Shown: positions 36,272-56,683, numbered from the stretch's first letter. The stretch is 64,000 nt of DNA from the human T2T-CHM13v2.0 reference genome, Homo sapiens (GCF_009914755.1 NC_060934.1), one strand, 5' to 3'. Numbers and translations: made by a program. The notes: generated from the letters alone by a model not told the origin.

Positions 36272-36989
36272 AACAAATAATACCTTAATTTGACAATTTC
36301 AGAAAAATTTTACTTAATTTTCACCAGTTCCTAGAGGAGGTCAGAGCCATTGTTAATAATGAAAGAAGTTGAGGTACAGAGGGACTGACTAGTATGGGAA
36401 GTAGCTGTCCTTTCCAAGACACAAATGGTAACGGGTTTCTTTCTGCTGGATATGTTTGGGGGTTATTACTGGAGCTTTTGAATTATGTTTGATGCCTGGG
36501 AATATTAATGTTTTCAGCCCTGCCTTTTTTCAGGTCAGCGAAATAAATATGCCTGTATGAAGCTGATTGCTGTGGCCCAGGGTAATCTGCTACTTGCTAA
36601 TATTTTACAGCATTCCATGGTTAGGTTACATTATTTGGACTTGACGTTTTGTGTGCGGTGTTTCTGTAGTGTGTGTTCTGTTTGCTCTGCTCATGTTGGC
36701 CTGTTTTTGGCTTGGTATACCAAAGGTGTTTGGACAGTCCTTCAGTGTTTAGAACTTTTCCTGTTCTGTGGATTGCTTTGCAGTCATCATTACTTCTGTG
36801 TTGATAGCTCAGTTGCAGATCTGTGTTCTAATATGTCATTTTTTGAGATCAACATCTGTGAGTTTAGAGAGGAAACTCGTGAAGTTGTTCACAGTTATGG
36901 CTACTTTTTAAGTGCTGGGTTATGAACTCTGATTGTATGCTGATGCCAAACTAGTGTTCTACTGAAAGATACTCTTCTGATTTAGTGTC

Positions 36990-38451
<1,462 letters not shown>

Positions 38452-39378
38452 TAAAAGCTTTTAATAGGATCCAAAATGTACACAGACTTCTGTAGCGTCT
38501 TTTGGCCTGCATCCGTAAAAGGAAAGTGAGTGCTAGAGTACTGGCAATGCTTTGTAGTCCTTGGCTAACTTTGCGTGATACTCTTAAGTGTGATGCGTGT
38601 GTAGCTATGAAGACTGTGATCATTTCACTCCACAAACGTTTGTGATTGTGGGTTTACTTCCTGTCCAAGGTAGTTCATATAGGTAATAGAGTTATTTTTA
38701 GCAACATGAAATAAGTATTATCTTCAGGTAGTTTTTGTTTTTCAAGTTTTTAAGGATTTCCTGTTTTGATCTTGGAACACTGGATATAAAATAACATTTT
38801 ATGTCATGATTTTTAAGTGAATTGTGAGAATTTCCAGCAACATAAAATATTCTCATCTGTAGGGAACACACATGCCTGTGTGCACACTCACACTTTTCAC
38901 CTCTTCCCTTTCTACTATTAAATGATGCTGGCCCGTTTGGTCCGGGATTTGAAAGTACTTCCTGACACCTGTGATAAAAAGAAAGCTTCCAGGAATGAAT
39001 GTTTCTATTAAGGCAAATGGGCGGTGATGGCAGAAATAAAGCGCCAGTATTCTTCTTGGTTGCCTTTAGTATGTCTGAGACGTAGTTCTCGGCTTTCAGA
39101 AATGATTGATTACACAGGGTTGCCAACTAGTAATGTGCCTTTTTATGCTGAGAAAGGGACTATGTCGCGTGATTCTTGATTATGTGATAACTGACATTTG
39201 AATATGCAGCATTGATTCAGTAACGGCTTTCATTTAAAAAAGAAAGTACTATATTAAACGAACACATTGAAATATGAAATCCAGATGTATCCTTTAAATA
39301 TCAAGTATAAAAGGATGTGTTTTGACTCTAGAGAATTGTTGGGATCTAAACTAACTTTAAAAAGTTGCGTTAAACTAG

Positions 39379-41468
<2,090 letters not shown>

Positions 41469-42059
41469 GCAGACTATATGCATTGTAGACTATTTCAGAG
41501 ATAAGAAAAGCTATGAAAAAATAAAAATAGTTTGTAATCTCACTGCCTAGAGGAAGTCTGTCAGATTTTTTGTGTATTTTCAGTCTTTTTTTTTGCATTT
41601 ATTTACTTTTACATAGTTGAGATTATATTGTATATCCTTTTTCATTGAACTTTATATTTTGAATCAACATGTTACCTTTTAAAAATGAATGTGTAATATG
41701 ACATTGAATTGCTGCACCTTAAATTAACCTGTTCTTTATTAGCAACAGTTTGGGAGTCCCTGTGGAGCTGTCTTTGCTGATGTTTGTTGTTAAGAATGGC
41801 ATGCTGTCTCATTTTATTAATCATTTGTATTTTTTTCTGTGAGTTGTTGATTCATGTCTTTTGTTCACTTTCGTTCACTTTCTTTGGTGATTTTATCAAG
41901 TTACATGAAATCTATATGAAAAATACACATCTCCAGTCCCAGTCTGGGCAACATAAAATCATTTTTGGCCTCGGCCTCCCCAAATTGCTGGGATTACAGC
42001 GGCGAGCCTTGGCACCTGGCCTCAGTTACTTTGAAAAATTGTCTTAGCTTTTACCTTTT

Positions 42060-43200
42060 CTTTGTTCATTCATTCATGCATTCAGGTACTCCCTGAGTGT
42101 GCTCCCAAGCACTTTGAAAGAAGTCATGTCTCTCAAAGAGTTTATAGGGCAAATAGAATTTAGCAAGCCAGGATAGCTCAGCAGAGGAAGTACAGGGTCC
42201 TAGAAGGAGCATAGAACCTAATCTCATTAGGAGATTTGGAGAGGACTTTTGGTGACATCTAAGCTGAAACTTGAAAGAGAAGAAGGAATAGTGTTTCTAT
42301 TAGTGAGAATTTTATGTGTTAAAAATCCAGGGTGGAGAGACCAAGGCATGTCAAATAACCCGAGAGAAGTCAGTTGGTTGGAGTGTAGAATGAGGACTGT
42401 GAGAGAGAACCTGTAGGGAATATTGGGACTATTTAACCTGGTTAAATAGGTTAATTCCTTAACCTGGTTAAGGAATTTAGCTGTTAACCTGAGGGCAGTG
42501 GTAAACTTTTTTTTTTTTTCCCCCTGAGATGAGATCTCACTTTGTCACCCAGGCTGGATGGAGTGCAGTGACATGATCACGGCTCACTGCAGCCTCAACC
42601 TTCTTGGGCTCAAGGGATCCTCTCACCTCAGTCTCCCAAGTAGCTGGGACTACAGGTGCATGCCAGCACGCCTGGCTTATTCTTTAAATTTTTTGTGGAG
42701 ATTGGGTTTCTCCCAGGCTGGTCTTGAACTGCTGAGCTCAAGCAGTCTGCCCTCCTTGGGCTTCCAAAGTGCTCAGATTACAGGTGTGAGCCACTGCGCC
42801 CAGCCTAGTGGTCAACTTTTGAAAAGGGAATGCCGTAATTAAATTTGTAGTTTAAGAAGACCACACTCACCCTAGTGTAGAGGGAGCAACACTTGAGATG
42901 GCAGACCAGTAGAGTAAATGATAGCAACTTAGGTATAGCCAGGTATAGCTGGGGTAGAGTCAGTGGAGATGGGGAAAGGGAGATTTATTTGAAAAAGACT
43001 GAAGTAGAATTGGCAAAACTTGGAAGAATTGATACTGGGCTGAGATGAGGAGGAGTTTAGAAAGCCAGATTTTTGGTTTGGACATCTGGGTTGGCTAACA
43101 GTATCATTTTTCCTGGACATAGGAGAGGGAAAGTTTAGGTTTTTTAAGAGGTTTTGTGGTGAGGATGCCTGATGGATTATTGGATACATGGGGTCTGAAA
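42060..43200. mobile_element. Degenerate L2 interrupted by an AluJ (-) ~42505-42805
   Basis: ttcattcattcatgcattca terminus and ggtgacatctaagctgaaacttgaa text. Confidence 0.6.
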
Positions 43201-43489
43201 CTTTTGGGGATGGATGCTTGTGGGGCTGTGAGTGTCTACAGAAGCCATGAACTTTCTTTTTCAGTGGCAAATTATAGGAGCTTTCTTGTTTAGTGTTTCT
43301 AATTGGAGACCTTAGTAAGATTGACTGGGTTACTTTTGAACATTTCTTCCAATTTGATGATTTTCTGTCTTAATTCTGTCTACTTTTGTCTAGAAGAATT
43401 AAATGTATATAATATGAACAGTATAAAGTTATAATAAATTATGAAAGTTTTTCCTTTTATCCTTTCTTCCTTGCCCCTGCTTCATTTTT

Positions 43490-46333
<2,844 letters not shown>

Positions 46334-49300
46334 TGCTTCAGTTACTCTTGGAGGCATTGTGAGATGTCAGTAACCTAGAAAACATGTATATGTTGATTAT
46401 CTTCTCTTGGAACTTTTCATTTTTTCCTGGCCTTTCTCCCATAAAGTGAGATTTTAACACTTGCATTTATTTGTCTTTCCCTGTCTACCAACTCTTCTAC
46501 CTTATTCTTACGTTCTTTTTATCCCCTGACATTAAAAGGTGCTCAAAGTGTAATTATGTGAAGAACTCAGATATTGTAAGGTTTTTTTTTTTTGTTTTTT
46601 TTTTTTGTTTTTTTTTTTGGGCATGTATTATGATGCTTTTTCCCTGCACTTCACTTTAAGTAGAAAACATGCGGTGGCTAAAACTTTAAATTATATGCGT
46701 ATGGGCCAAATCCTGTTGAACCAACCACGTCTACAACAAAAACGTGTCTATGAAGTAATGTCTAAACTTTCAGAAGTTCTCTTTGAGCAGTGTGCAATAA
46801 AGACGTAGCAAAAATTGGGACAGTTCAGTGACATTTTCATGAAATTTGATTTGTAATTTACTAATCTTTGTAGCTGAAAATGTGCAATTCTTAATGAAAA
46901 GAATGAAATTACGTATTCCCCAAACACTAGATAATAAAATAATTTTCTTTTAGATATTATTTTTTACCTATATTTAAGTGATGTGTGTTTTTCATGCTCT
47001 GGGAAGTTTGGAGAATTTCGTGCTGTCAAAAACTGAGAATAGTCTGTTCTCCTCATCTTCTGTATGTCTGCCATGCTGGGGAATGGGCAGTATGCCCGTT
47101 TGTAGTTTAATGCAGAGCATGGAGTAGGAGGGACTAATTAAGTGTTTTTGATAATTTTGTATTAGGTCAAATAGAAATCCTAGTTGTGTTTGTGTATATC
47201 GGCTTTATTGAGACATAATTTCACATACCATGCATTTCAACATTGTAAGTTCTGGTTATATTTTTAAAAAGCACTTAATGAAAGCAGAATTGGTGATATT
47301 ATTGTACATTATAGTTCCAAAGTACAGTCTGCTGATTTTGTTGTGCTATGTAGTCTGCACCCCACCCCCCAGTGCTCATTAACTTCTAATTACAGAAATC
47401 TCTCAGAGACATTAGAGAGGAAATCTTAAGAATTTCTAAGATGAGATTCTTCTAGACTTCAGCTATATGGTGAGTTAGCTAAAAACAATAAAGCGATTTG
47501 AAGATCTCCCCTTCTTCCAAGCAAAAGAAGGAAGTTATTTGGTGCTTAGCTTTAGATTACCTCATCTCTGTCTTTGAGAAATAAGAAATAAACATGAACA
47601 CATATAGTACAAAACACCTACATACATGCATACACGTATATACACATAAATTGTACAGATCTTCCTCTTTGCTTTTTCAGCTAAATTGATCAGACTCTTG
47701 GGTTGTTTTTGGAAGTGTTTGGAACATTTTTTATGTAATACGAAAAAATTTGTAAGTAGATAATATTTTTAGATTAGAACTAAAGACTATAAAAGGTGCC
47801 TTGATGCTATGTATACCTGAGAATAGTCAAGGGCTTTGATAGGTCTGAAGGGAAAGGTCGTTGCCTTCATACAGAAATGCTATGAAGTGAAAGGAGATGG
47901 TGTGGGCATGGTCAGTCCTAAATAAAATAAAACTGCATTGAATTATCTTAAAAGTTATGGGCCCTACCAGACTATACTTAATTGTTCATTAAATAATTTA
48001 AGCAGAAGTTTCAGAGTTCTTTCTGTATTTGAACATAATAATTGGAAACAGAAAACTCTTCGATCATAGAGTTGTTTTTAGTTCAAGTAGCACTTTCTGG
48101 TCTATTTGAAAGGCTTGCCCCTTTGGGAAGATTTATAGCCTTTATCTCATGCCATCCTTGATTAAGCTTTAGCTTTGACTTCTCTAGGGTACACTGTTCC
48201 TCAGAAGGATGTGTAAGGTGGGTGGAGGCGGGGCATTTGTAGCTGAACTTGTATATGCATAGTGAGGAATTTATCAAGCTACATTGCTGTGAAAATAAGA
48301 ATTCCTGTAAGAAGGCATTCTTAATATAATGGGTTTTCAACCTGAAGAATGTATATGTCTGTGTTCGGGGCAGGGGGTCATTTTTTTGAGGAGAGGATCG
48401 AAATTTGCAGAAAGGACTGTTTTGAATATTGGAGTCATGTTTTCACTGTCTTTGTACTTCTCATATTGCCTGGCAAGGCGTTCCTGTATATGATGAGGAT
48501 TCAGTAAATGTGGGAATTATTTTGAAGCCTTGTTATCTTTACTAATGGTAGAAAATTGTTGCATTTTATCAATCTGTTATATTCTAAGGAATATGTCTGA
48601 TCTAATTCCTAGTTCAAGATGGCAATTAAAATACTCTTTTAAAAGTACACTAAGAATATTTTTTTACCTAGTATTAGTGTTCTGTCCAGCAAACACATTT
48701 GTCTTGATGTAATTTAGGAAACACTTAAAAGTATTTGGTCCCATAAATAATTTTTTAAAAATTGTTTTAAACACTTTTTGTGGTAAATTGGAAGCTAATC
48801 TACTGTTTCTTTGCCCAGGCTGATACCCATACTTTACCAGACTGCTTAGTAGACAGTATTACTGTGTTTACCTAACATTAATTTGTGTTAAGATTAATAA
48901 AATGGTTCAGTGGTAATGGAATGTTCTTTATAGATTTGGCAGAAGTGATATTTCTGTTTCCCCCCTACTCTAACTGGATTGTAATGTTTTATTTTAGCGT
49001 ATTTTATATGAAATCATCTGGTCCAATTTTTACGTTATTAATAATTCTTAATGGATATAAGGAAGACTTGGCTATGAGAATCTGAAATCAAAATGTTGCC
49101 AACGTTTACTTACACTGAAGATGGTTTCAGTTGCTCTAAGTTGTTTCAAAGCTAAAGAGCAGTATGGAAAGCTCAGCATTTGTTTTGATTCTGCTTTAAG
49201 AATGCAGTGTAAAGGGCAGGAGGAGCTCAACACCAGCTGGAAGCACATCCCTGTCTCCTTGGTTTCTGCAGAGTCAGGATGAACGCAGGACCGGAACCAG

Positions 49301-49634
49301 GGGCTCAGTGTCTCTTGTTACGTCTGGTTTCTCATACTAGATTATTGATCTTCGATCCAATTCATGCAGCCTAATAGTTCCTCTAAATCTCACCAGAGCC
49401 TGGAGCCTGCACTGATGGTAAGGTAAATGTCTAGGCAGTTCTAGTTCTGGAAGGAAAATTTTTAAAGGGAAAGGAAAAAACTTATTTTCCTTACTCTTAT
49501 AGGACATTTAAATGATGCATCAGGATCCAGGAAGCACAGAGAAACACTTAAAAGATTTTGGAGTGATTGCTACGGTTTGTGTTTTTTGAAGAAAATGAGA
49601 ATTAAATGCTTTTCTATCTTGATGCTTGTTTTAG

Positions 49635-49822
49635 GGGTTGTAGAAGGTGATTTAGCTGCCATAGAAGCATACAAGTCATCAGGAGGAGACATTGCACGTC
49701 AGCTCACCGCAGATGAAGTACGCTTGCTGAATCGTCCTTCTGCCTTTGATGTTGGCTATACTCTTGTACACTTGGCTATACGTTTTCAGAGGCAGGATAT
49801 GCTAGCAATATTGCTTACAGAG
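49635..49822 (+). CDS. ZRANB1: TRABID coding exon, aa 272-334: ankyrin-repeat ubiquitin-binding domain (AnkUBD)
   Basis: gttttag|GG GTT GTA... reads GVVEGDLAAIEAYKSSGGDIARQLTADEVRLLNRPSAFDVGYTLVHLAIRFQRQDMLAILLTE|gtaagt. 188 nt, cumulative 1002 nt (phase 0). Confidence 0.97.
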
Positions 49823-50079
49823 GTAAGTTTGGCGTTTTGGTTAAATGTTCTTTTATATTAAAGAAACCTGTTCTTTAGTTTTCATTTTTGATTTTATAAT
49901 GTTTCTCTAAGCAGCTTTAAAATGTTTTGAATTCTTTTACCCCCTTTTAAAAATAACATTAAACTTAAGAGACTTAATTTTTAAGGGTATATGCTTTCAA
50001 ATATTTGAATAGTCACAACAATGTTTGACTCATCATGTTTGGTTCATACAAACCTGGGATGTATCTGTCATTCTTTAGT

Positions 50080-51237
50080 CATTCAATTAACAGATATTTA
50101 TTGTGCATTTACTGTGTGCCATGCACTAGGCTGAGAAGGGATACAATTGTAAAGATACTGGCTCTTTCTTCATTAAATCTCCAGCAAAGTAGAGAAATGA
50201 ACAGGTAATTCTGTGCAGCCTGTGCCCTGGTAGATGTAAATGCCAAGTGTTATGCCAGTACTTGAAGAGTTTTGAGGTGTCTTGTCGTCTTTCTTATAGC
50301 AGGTAATGTTTTTGCTGCAATTTGAAGAGAAAGAGTTAGGAGTTAGCCACATGAAGTGGATAAGGGAGAGAAGGGAAGTTGAGGAAAGCATTTTTACAGG
50401 GGGCAGAGATGGTGGAATTTGTGGTGAATCTAGGGACTTGCAGGTAACTAAGCATGGCTGAGATGGTGATTGGGAATGGAGAGAAGGGAAGTCTGAAAGA
50501 TAAGCAGAGGCTGGATTACGAAGGATCTTCTGTGTCAAGGAATTTGAAGATTATCCCTAGGCACTGGATGGTGTTAGGTATGGGCGCAGGGGAGTGAGCA
50601 GAGCAGATTGTGTTTTGGCTGCTGCACACTGGAGAGGGGCGAGCCTGGTTAGGAGGGAGTTGCAGAGGTGCTGGCAAGAACTTCTGCCAGAAGGGCAGAA
50701 GGGTAGCCATAGAAGGGTACCCAGAAGGGTAGCCTTAGAAATGGGAAGAGGGTTAGAGGGTTGGAGAGACTGAGACAGGCCCTCAGTCTGAAGAAGTAGA
50801 CTGATTGGATATGGGAAGATACAGTGTGGATGTAAGTTGATTCTTCAGTTTCTGGCTTACATAACTAGGTACATGCTACCAATGATAGAGATTGTGTATG
50901 AATTATTCAGAATGTGACTACATTATCCAGGTTTTTTTTTTCTTTCTTTTTTTTTTTAAGCTGGAGTCTCACTCTGTTGCCCAGGCTGTAGTATAGTGGC
51001 ACGATCTTGGCTTACTGCAGCCTCTGCCTCCTGGGTTCAAGCGAGTCTCCTTTGTCAGCCTCCTAAGTAACTGGGATTGTAGGCACATGCCACCATGCCT
51101 GGCTAATTTTGTATTTTTAGAAAGGTGGGGTTTCACCATGTTGGCTAGGCTGGTCTTGAACTCCTGACCTCAAGTGATCTGCCCGCCTCGGCCCCCCAAA
51201 GTGCTGGGATTATAGGCATGAGCCACCGTGTCTGGCC
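50080..51237. mobile_element. L2 fragment (~50080-50900) followed by AluS (-) 50932-51237
   Basis: tcattcaattaacagatatttattgtgcatttactgtgtgccatgcactaggc is an L2 3' terminus. Confidence 0.75.
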
Positions 51238-51879
51238 AAGGTAACATTTTTTAATGGTAAGAGAAATAGAGTAAAAGTGCAGAGAGTCATATTAATTGTG
51301 GATTCAAATTTTGTCAGTATACATCTTTCATATATACTTTTGCATATTTGTTTATTCAAATTTGCCAATATTTGGGAACCACTGCAGGGCACTGTATGGG
51401 GATTAAAAAATTTGAAGGTTAGATGGAAACATGATTGTAGTAGCTAACCCCTGTGTCCAGTTTGGTAAGATTCCAGTGAAGCCGGGTTGGGGGGCTTGAG
51501 AGACTGAAGGCCATGATGAAAACAAAAGGGCAGGCTTATTGAGTATAAGGGAGAAGGGAACTTTTCAGATAGAGGGATCCAGGTTTTGGAACATGAGATA
51601 GAAGAATTGGAGTTTTTCTAGTGTCGAAGGCCTGGCTGCATTTGTGTTGTGGTGCCTAGTTGTGTTGTCTATTGTATATTGGAAGGGCTGTCAATGTGGA
51701 GTTGTAGTTGCTGGTGGTGACAGGAGCCAGGATAAAGAAGGTGGTTGTGAACTAGGGTGAAAGTCTTAAGGGGCTCCCCTAAAGGTAGGTAGAAGATTAT
51801 TACAAGGTTTTAGAGGGGCCATTGTGAGTCATTGAGCTCCTGAGACAGTCTGAGGAGTAACAGTGGGATGATGATCGAA

Positions 51880-52380
51880 CATCAGTATATTTATTGCAGT
51901 ATCACAGATTGTCTGGAAACTTAGCAGCTAAGACAACAAATGTATGTTATCTCACAGAGTTTGTGAGGGTTAGAATCCAGGAGCTGCTTAGCTGAATAGT
52001 TTTGGCTCATGATGTCATGAGGTTGCAGTCAAGTGGTCCAGGGCTGTAGTTGTCAAAAGACTCAACTGGGGCTAGAGTATCTGTTCCTAAGCCCACTCAG
52101 GTGGCTTTTGGCAGGAGGCTTCAATACTGTGCCATGCAGGCCTGTCTACAGGGATGCTCATGATACAGCAGCTGGTTTTACCCCCAACAAGTGATCCAAG
52201 AGAGGCACAGAGTACAAGAGAGTGATCCAGTGTCTTTGAAACCTGCAGTGTCTTTTATAAATTGATTTAGGAAGCAACATACCATTACTTTTGCTGTATT
52301 CCGTGGGACGTGTAGAACAACCCTGGAACAGCGTGGGAGAGGTGGAGGGGATTTGTTCCAGGCAAAGAGCAAAATTGGTC
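51880..52380 (-). mobile_element. MLT1F/G-like MaLR LTR
   Basis: aaacttagcagctaagacaacaaa...tatctcacag...gaatccaggagc.gcttagctg...catgaggttgcagtcaag. Confidence 0.65.
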
Positions 52381-52564
52381 ATGGATTCAGTCTCCATGGA
52401 GTAAATACTCCAAAGGACAGAATTAAAGGGGCCAGTAGGGAGACTGGAAGTGGGGGAGTCTGGACTAAGTCTAGACTAAGGGGGTGTGTTGCAGAGAATG
52501 CTCAGCCAAGTTCTTTTGGAATGAGAACAGGAGAACATTAGAGTTGGGGATATGTATGTGGGGC

Positions 52565-52866
52565 AGGAATTTTCATCGGTTTCTGTGTCATGGACCATGT
52601 TGGTAGTTTCATGAAACTTATGGACTCCTTCCCAGAATACTGTTTTTAAATACAAAAAATAAGAAGTAAATGAGATTACAAAGGAAATCAGTTGTATTGA
52701 AGTAATAGCTACCAAAATACTAAACTAAATTTGTGATATATAAGAAAATACATTTTAATATAGGTAAAAAGTTGGGGATAATTGATTTAACTTGAATTAA
52801 AACCAAATTCCCATTAAAGTACATGGACCATTCCCAAGATCATGGACCCTAAGTTAAGAACTCCCA
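52565..52866. mobile_element. hAT Charlie4-like DNA transposon fragment
   Basis: tgtgtcatggacc...tatggactccttcccagaatactgtttttaaat...gattacaaaggaaatca resembles recalled Charlie4a/4z. Confidence 0.6.
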
Positions 52867-53299
52867 GCCTACGGAGATGGTTGAGAACCATAAGGTTGAA
52901 GGAGGTGAGAAGGTGAGTGGCAGGCTTCAGGGGCACATCCTGCTTAAGGATGGTGGTGGAAGGGGTTGTTTGGGGGCTAAGTTTCTTTTAGAATGTTTGT
53001 GGTAGTCAGGGTCCAGTCCAGGTGGTTTTTGGAAAGGTCTTTCCAGGTTTTTGGAAAGGGCCTGAGAGCTAGCTGATGGGAATAAGCTATTTTTGAATTT
53101 ACTTTGGGGGAGCCATTTTAACTATGTTACTTGAGAAATAGTCAATTATATTCTGAAAATATTTAATATTTGGTTTTCCATGTTTGAGTGTTGACTAATG
53201 GTTGGGCTCATGGAGTTAAGATATAGTGAGAATTTTCATGGTTAATGGTAATCTTGGCCAATAAAGTCTAGTTGAACTGAATTTCCACGTAGGAGTTTT

Positions 53300-56200
53300 T
53301 AAATTTTTTATTTTTTTCTTTTCTTTTGAGACAAACTTTCTCTCTGTTGCCCAGGGGAGTGATCATGGCTCACTGCAGCCTTGACCTCCCTGGCTCAAGT
53401 GATCCTCTCACCTTTCAGCCTCCCCAGTAGCTGGGACTACTGGTGCATGCCACTAATGCCTAGCTAATATTTTGGGGTTTTTTGTAGAGGCAGAGTTTCA
53501 TTATGTTGCCCAGGCTGGTCTTGAATTCCTGAGCTCAAATGATCCTCCTGCCTTGGCCTCACACAGTGCTGGGATTACAGGTGTGAGCCACTGCACCAAG
53601 CTGCAGTTTCAGAATAGGGAGTCAGGTAACTGTGCTGGGTATGCAGGGTTTTTGAAATATTATTTCTTTAATAGCAATAGCAGTTAGTTGTCTGCATATA
53701 TGATGTAGATAACATTATCATTAAACCTTACTCTTTGAGAAGAAGAAGAAGGGGCTGGAAGACCTGTTGCTTCACACCCCACTGTGGCTGGAAGGCTACC
53801 TTTGGGATAATCGTCCAGGTTGGTGACATCAGGGAACAGGCTCACTGTGGGTTCCCACGGTATTCTCTTTGGGGTTTTTTTTTTTTTTTTTTTTTTGGCA
53901 GAGTCTCTCTCTGTCACCCTGGCTGGAGTGCAGTGGCGCGTTCTCAGCTCATTTCAACTTCCTCCTCCCGGGTTCAAGTGATTCTCATGCCTCAGCCTTC
54001 CAAATAGCTGAGACTACAGCTAATTTTTGTAGTAGTATTTTTAGTAGAGACAGGGTTTCATCATGTTGGCCAGGCTGGTCTCAAACTGCTGAGCCGAAGC
54101 AATCCACCCGCCTCGGCCTCCCAGAGTTGGTGGGATCACAGGCGTGAGCCATTGTGCCTGGCCTTGAATTCTGTTTGTTACTCGCAGATGCTCAACTGTG
54201 ATTTTAGAATTCTGTGTATGTATTTTTATTTAGCTCCACAAACTAGATATGACTGAAATGTGAGGTTAAATTAAATCTTTGCAACATTTGTTGCTATTTA
54301 GCATTTTAAAAAGAATAAAAAAATAACAAAAGAAAGTTCTAGCCTTCTTTGGTTTGTTGTTTTCTTGCTTAGAGGCCTGTGCAGTAGTGCTCCCATCTCA
54401 CTCCTGTCAGGCTGAGCTTCAGAGGTTGGCAGTCTGTGTTTAAACTTGCAGATGCCAAATGCTTTTTTAAAAACTCAAGAGTGGTAACAAATGGAGAGGA
54501 AGAAAGGGCTTGAGGTCAGTGGGAACTAACCCTTTAAATACCGTGCTTTTTTTAAGTCCAAGTTAGGGTACTTGAAACTTGTGGTGTGGGAGAAGAGTAT
54601 TTGCAGTTTCCCTTTATCAGCTGTGATTCTCTGCTTCTAAAGAATGTTTTTATTGTGTGCACGATGGTTAGTCTACTGAGGTTTTCTGTCCTCTCTCCTC
54701 TTCCTGTGATGTGTCTATGAACAACACCCTTTTCCATACATTTTTATGTGCATCTTTGAGTATTTCCTTGTGATAAATTCTTAAAGAGAATTACTGAATC
54801 AGAGGATAAAACATTTTTGTGACTGTTACTGAAAACTTATTCTGGTATATACTTTCATTGGTAAGGAAATAATACCAGTGTATTTTAAGATTAAAGAAAA
54901 CCTTGAGTTATTGGGAAATTTTGCTGATTTCTTTTAAATACTGTTGTTTTCTGCTTCCACTTATGATACATGAGATGAGAGGAAGGTTTCTTTTGTATTT
55001 AAGGTGTCTCAACAAGCAGCAAAGTGTATTCCAGCAATGGTGTGTCCTGAACTGACAGAACAAATCCGGAGAGAGATAGCTGCCTCTCTTCATCAGAGAA
55101 AGGGGGATTTTGCTTGCTATTTTCTGACTGACCTTGTAACATTTACATTGCCAGCAGGTAACTCCAAAATCTAACGTAAAAAGACTTTTTTATTTTATTA
55201 TAGTTACATTTGTGTATGTAGGTGAAAAATGTTTCTGTTAGAAAGCACATTACATAGCTACTGTATGTGCATCTTAAATTACTTGACTGTCTTATATATG
55301 CTGGAAGTGAGCATACAGAGGATTACTTGTTAGGAAATGCGTCTGCTATCTGAGAGGAAGACAGCAGTTGATAGTAACGGATTTCTTTGTGGACCTCAGA
55401 TTATTTTTTAAAAATCTGTTGTACTCTTTTATTTTTCTCTTTGGTTTTATTTTAGAATATCCTTTAAAAAAATCTCCTTTGAAAAATTTTCCCTTTTCAT
55501 GCTTGTGTGTTATTTGAAATTAGATAGCTATATTGGTTACCTGGTATTAAGAGATGGGATTAGAACATGAGCTTTTGATGGGTAGAGTCAGGTTATTTGA
55601 ATTGAACACACTGCATCCTCTTGAATATGTCATTCCTTTTTTACTCATTTATTTCTACTATGTTTGTGAAGGAACTTTTCATTTTTCAATTCATTGACAG
55701 TTGAAAACATCCTCCAGAATGCGTTTTGTCAGTTGGCATTGAATAAATACACCAAACACCAAACGTTTCTAAAATCTTTCATCTGAGATTCTGAGATCTG
55801 TTTGTTTTGTTGCTGTTTTTTTTTTTTTTAGATTGAAACGGGGTCTTGCTCTGTTGCCCAGGCTAGAGTGCAATGGGCGTGATCATAGCTTACTGCGTCT
55901 TCAACTTCTGGGCTCAAGTGATCTCCTGCCTTGACCTCCTGAGTAGCTAGGACTATAGGCACATGCCACCCACCCCTGGCTAATTTTTAATTTTTTTGTA
56001 GAGATGGAGTCTCGCAGTATTACTCAGGCTAGATCTCAGTGTTTTTAATTTTTATGTTCAGACAAACGGATTTTTACAAATTGTAGGAGATAGTAACTAA
56101 GTTTTCTGAAACTGGAGGAAGTTTCATTTGAAATGCACTTGTTCTGAGTATTTAAGCTTACCCCAGAATGATTAGATTTTTAAAAATTTATTTTTTATTT

Positions 56201-56495
56201 TTATTTTTTGAGACAGGGTCTTACTCTATCGCCTAGGCTGGAGTGCGGTGGCAGGATCACGGCTCATTGCAGCCTTGGCCTCCCCAGGCTCAAACAGTTC
56301 TCTCACCGTAGCCTCCTGAGTAGCTGGGACACAGGTGTCTGCTGCCTTGTCTGATTAATTTTTGTATATTTTTTGTATAGAGACAGGGTTTTGCCGTGTT
56401 GCCCAGGCTGGGCTCAGAATCCTGAGTTCAAGCAGTATGCTGGCCTCAGCCTCCCAAAGTGCTGGAATTATAGGCGTGAGCCATTGCACCCGGCC
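53300..56495 (-). mobile_element. Antisense Alus around the 154-nt exon: 53300-53601, 53875-54163, 55815-56035, 56187-56495
   Basis: Alu consensus matches; approximate ends. Confidence 0.85.
55004..55157 (+). CDS. ZRANB1: TRABID coding exon, aa 335-385: start of the OTU region
   Basis: ttttgtatttaag|GTG... reads VSQQAAKCIPAMVCPELTEQIRREIAASLHQRKGDFACYFLTDLVTFTLPA then G|gtaact. 154 nt; absent from the + ORF track. Confidence 0.95.
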
Positions 56496-56683
56496 CAGAA
56501 AAGAAATATTTTATATCACACATGTTACACTAGTATATTAAGAAAAAGCTATCTGATAACCTTCAATGGAAAGGGAGTTATTTTAGAGAAAGTTACTAGT
56601 AGGTAATTAATAAGTGTAATTAAGTATAAGTTAAGTGTAAGTTATGAAACAAAAGATCTTTTAAGTTTGCATTTTCTTTGTAG

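Noticed and set aside
36557-36925. 122-aa non-repeat ATG ORF (Cys/Phe/Leu-rich)
   Set aside because: Composition reflects TG-rich intronic DNA and no domain is recognisable. Only its first nine codons matter, as part of the candidate cassette exon.
39287-39295. Perfect U12-type donor GTATCCTTT
   Set aside because: No associated exon or U12 branch site. ATATCCTTT also occurs at ~41632 and ~55457, consistent with chance, and all identified ZRANB1 donors are U2-type.
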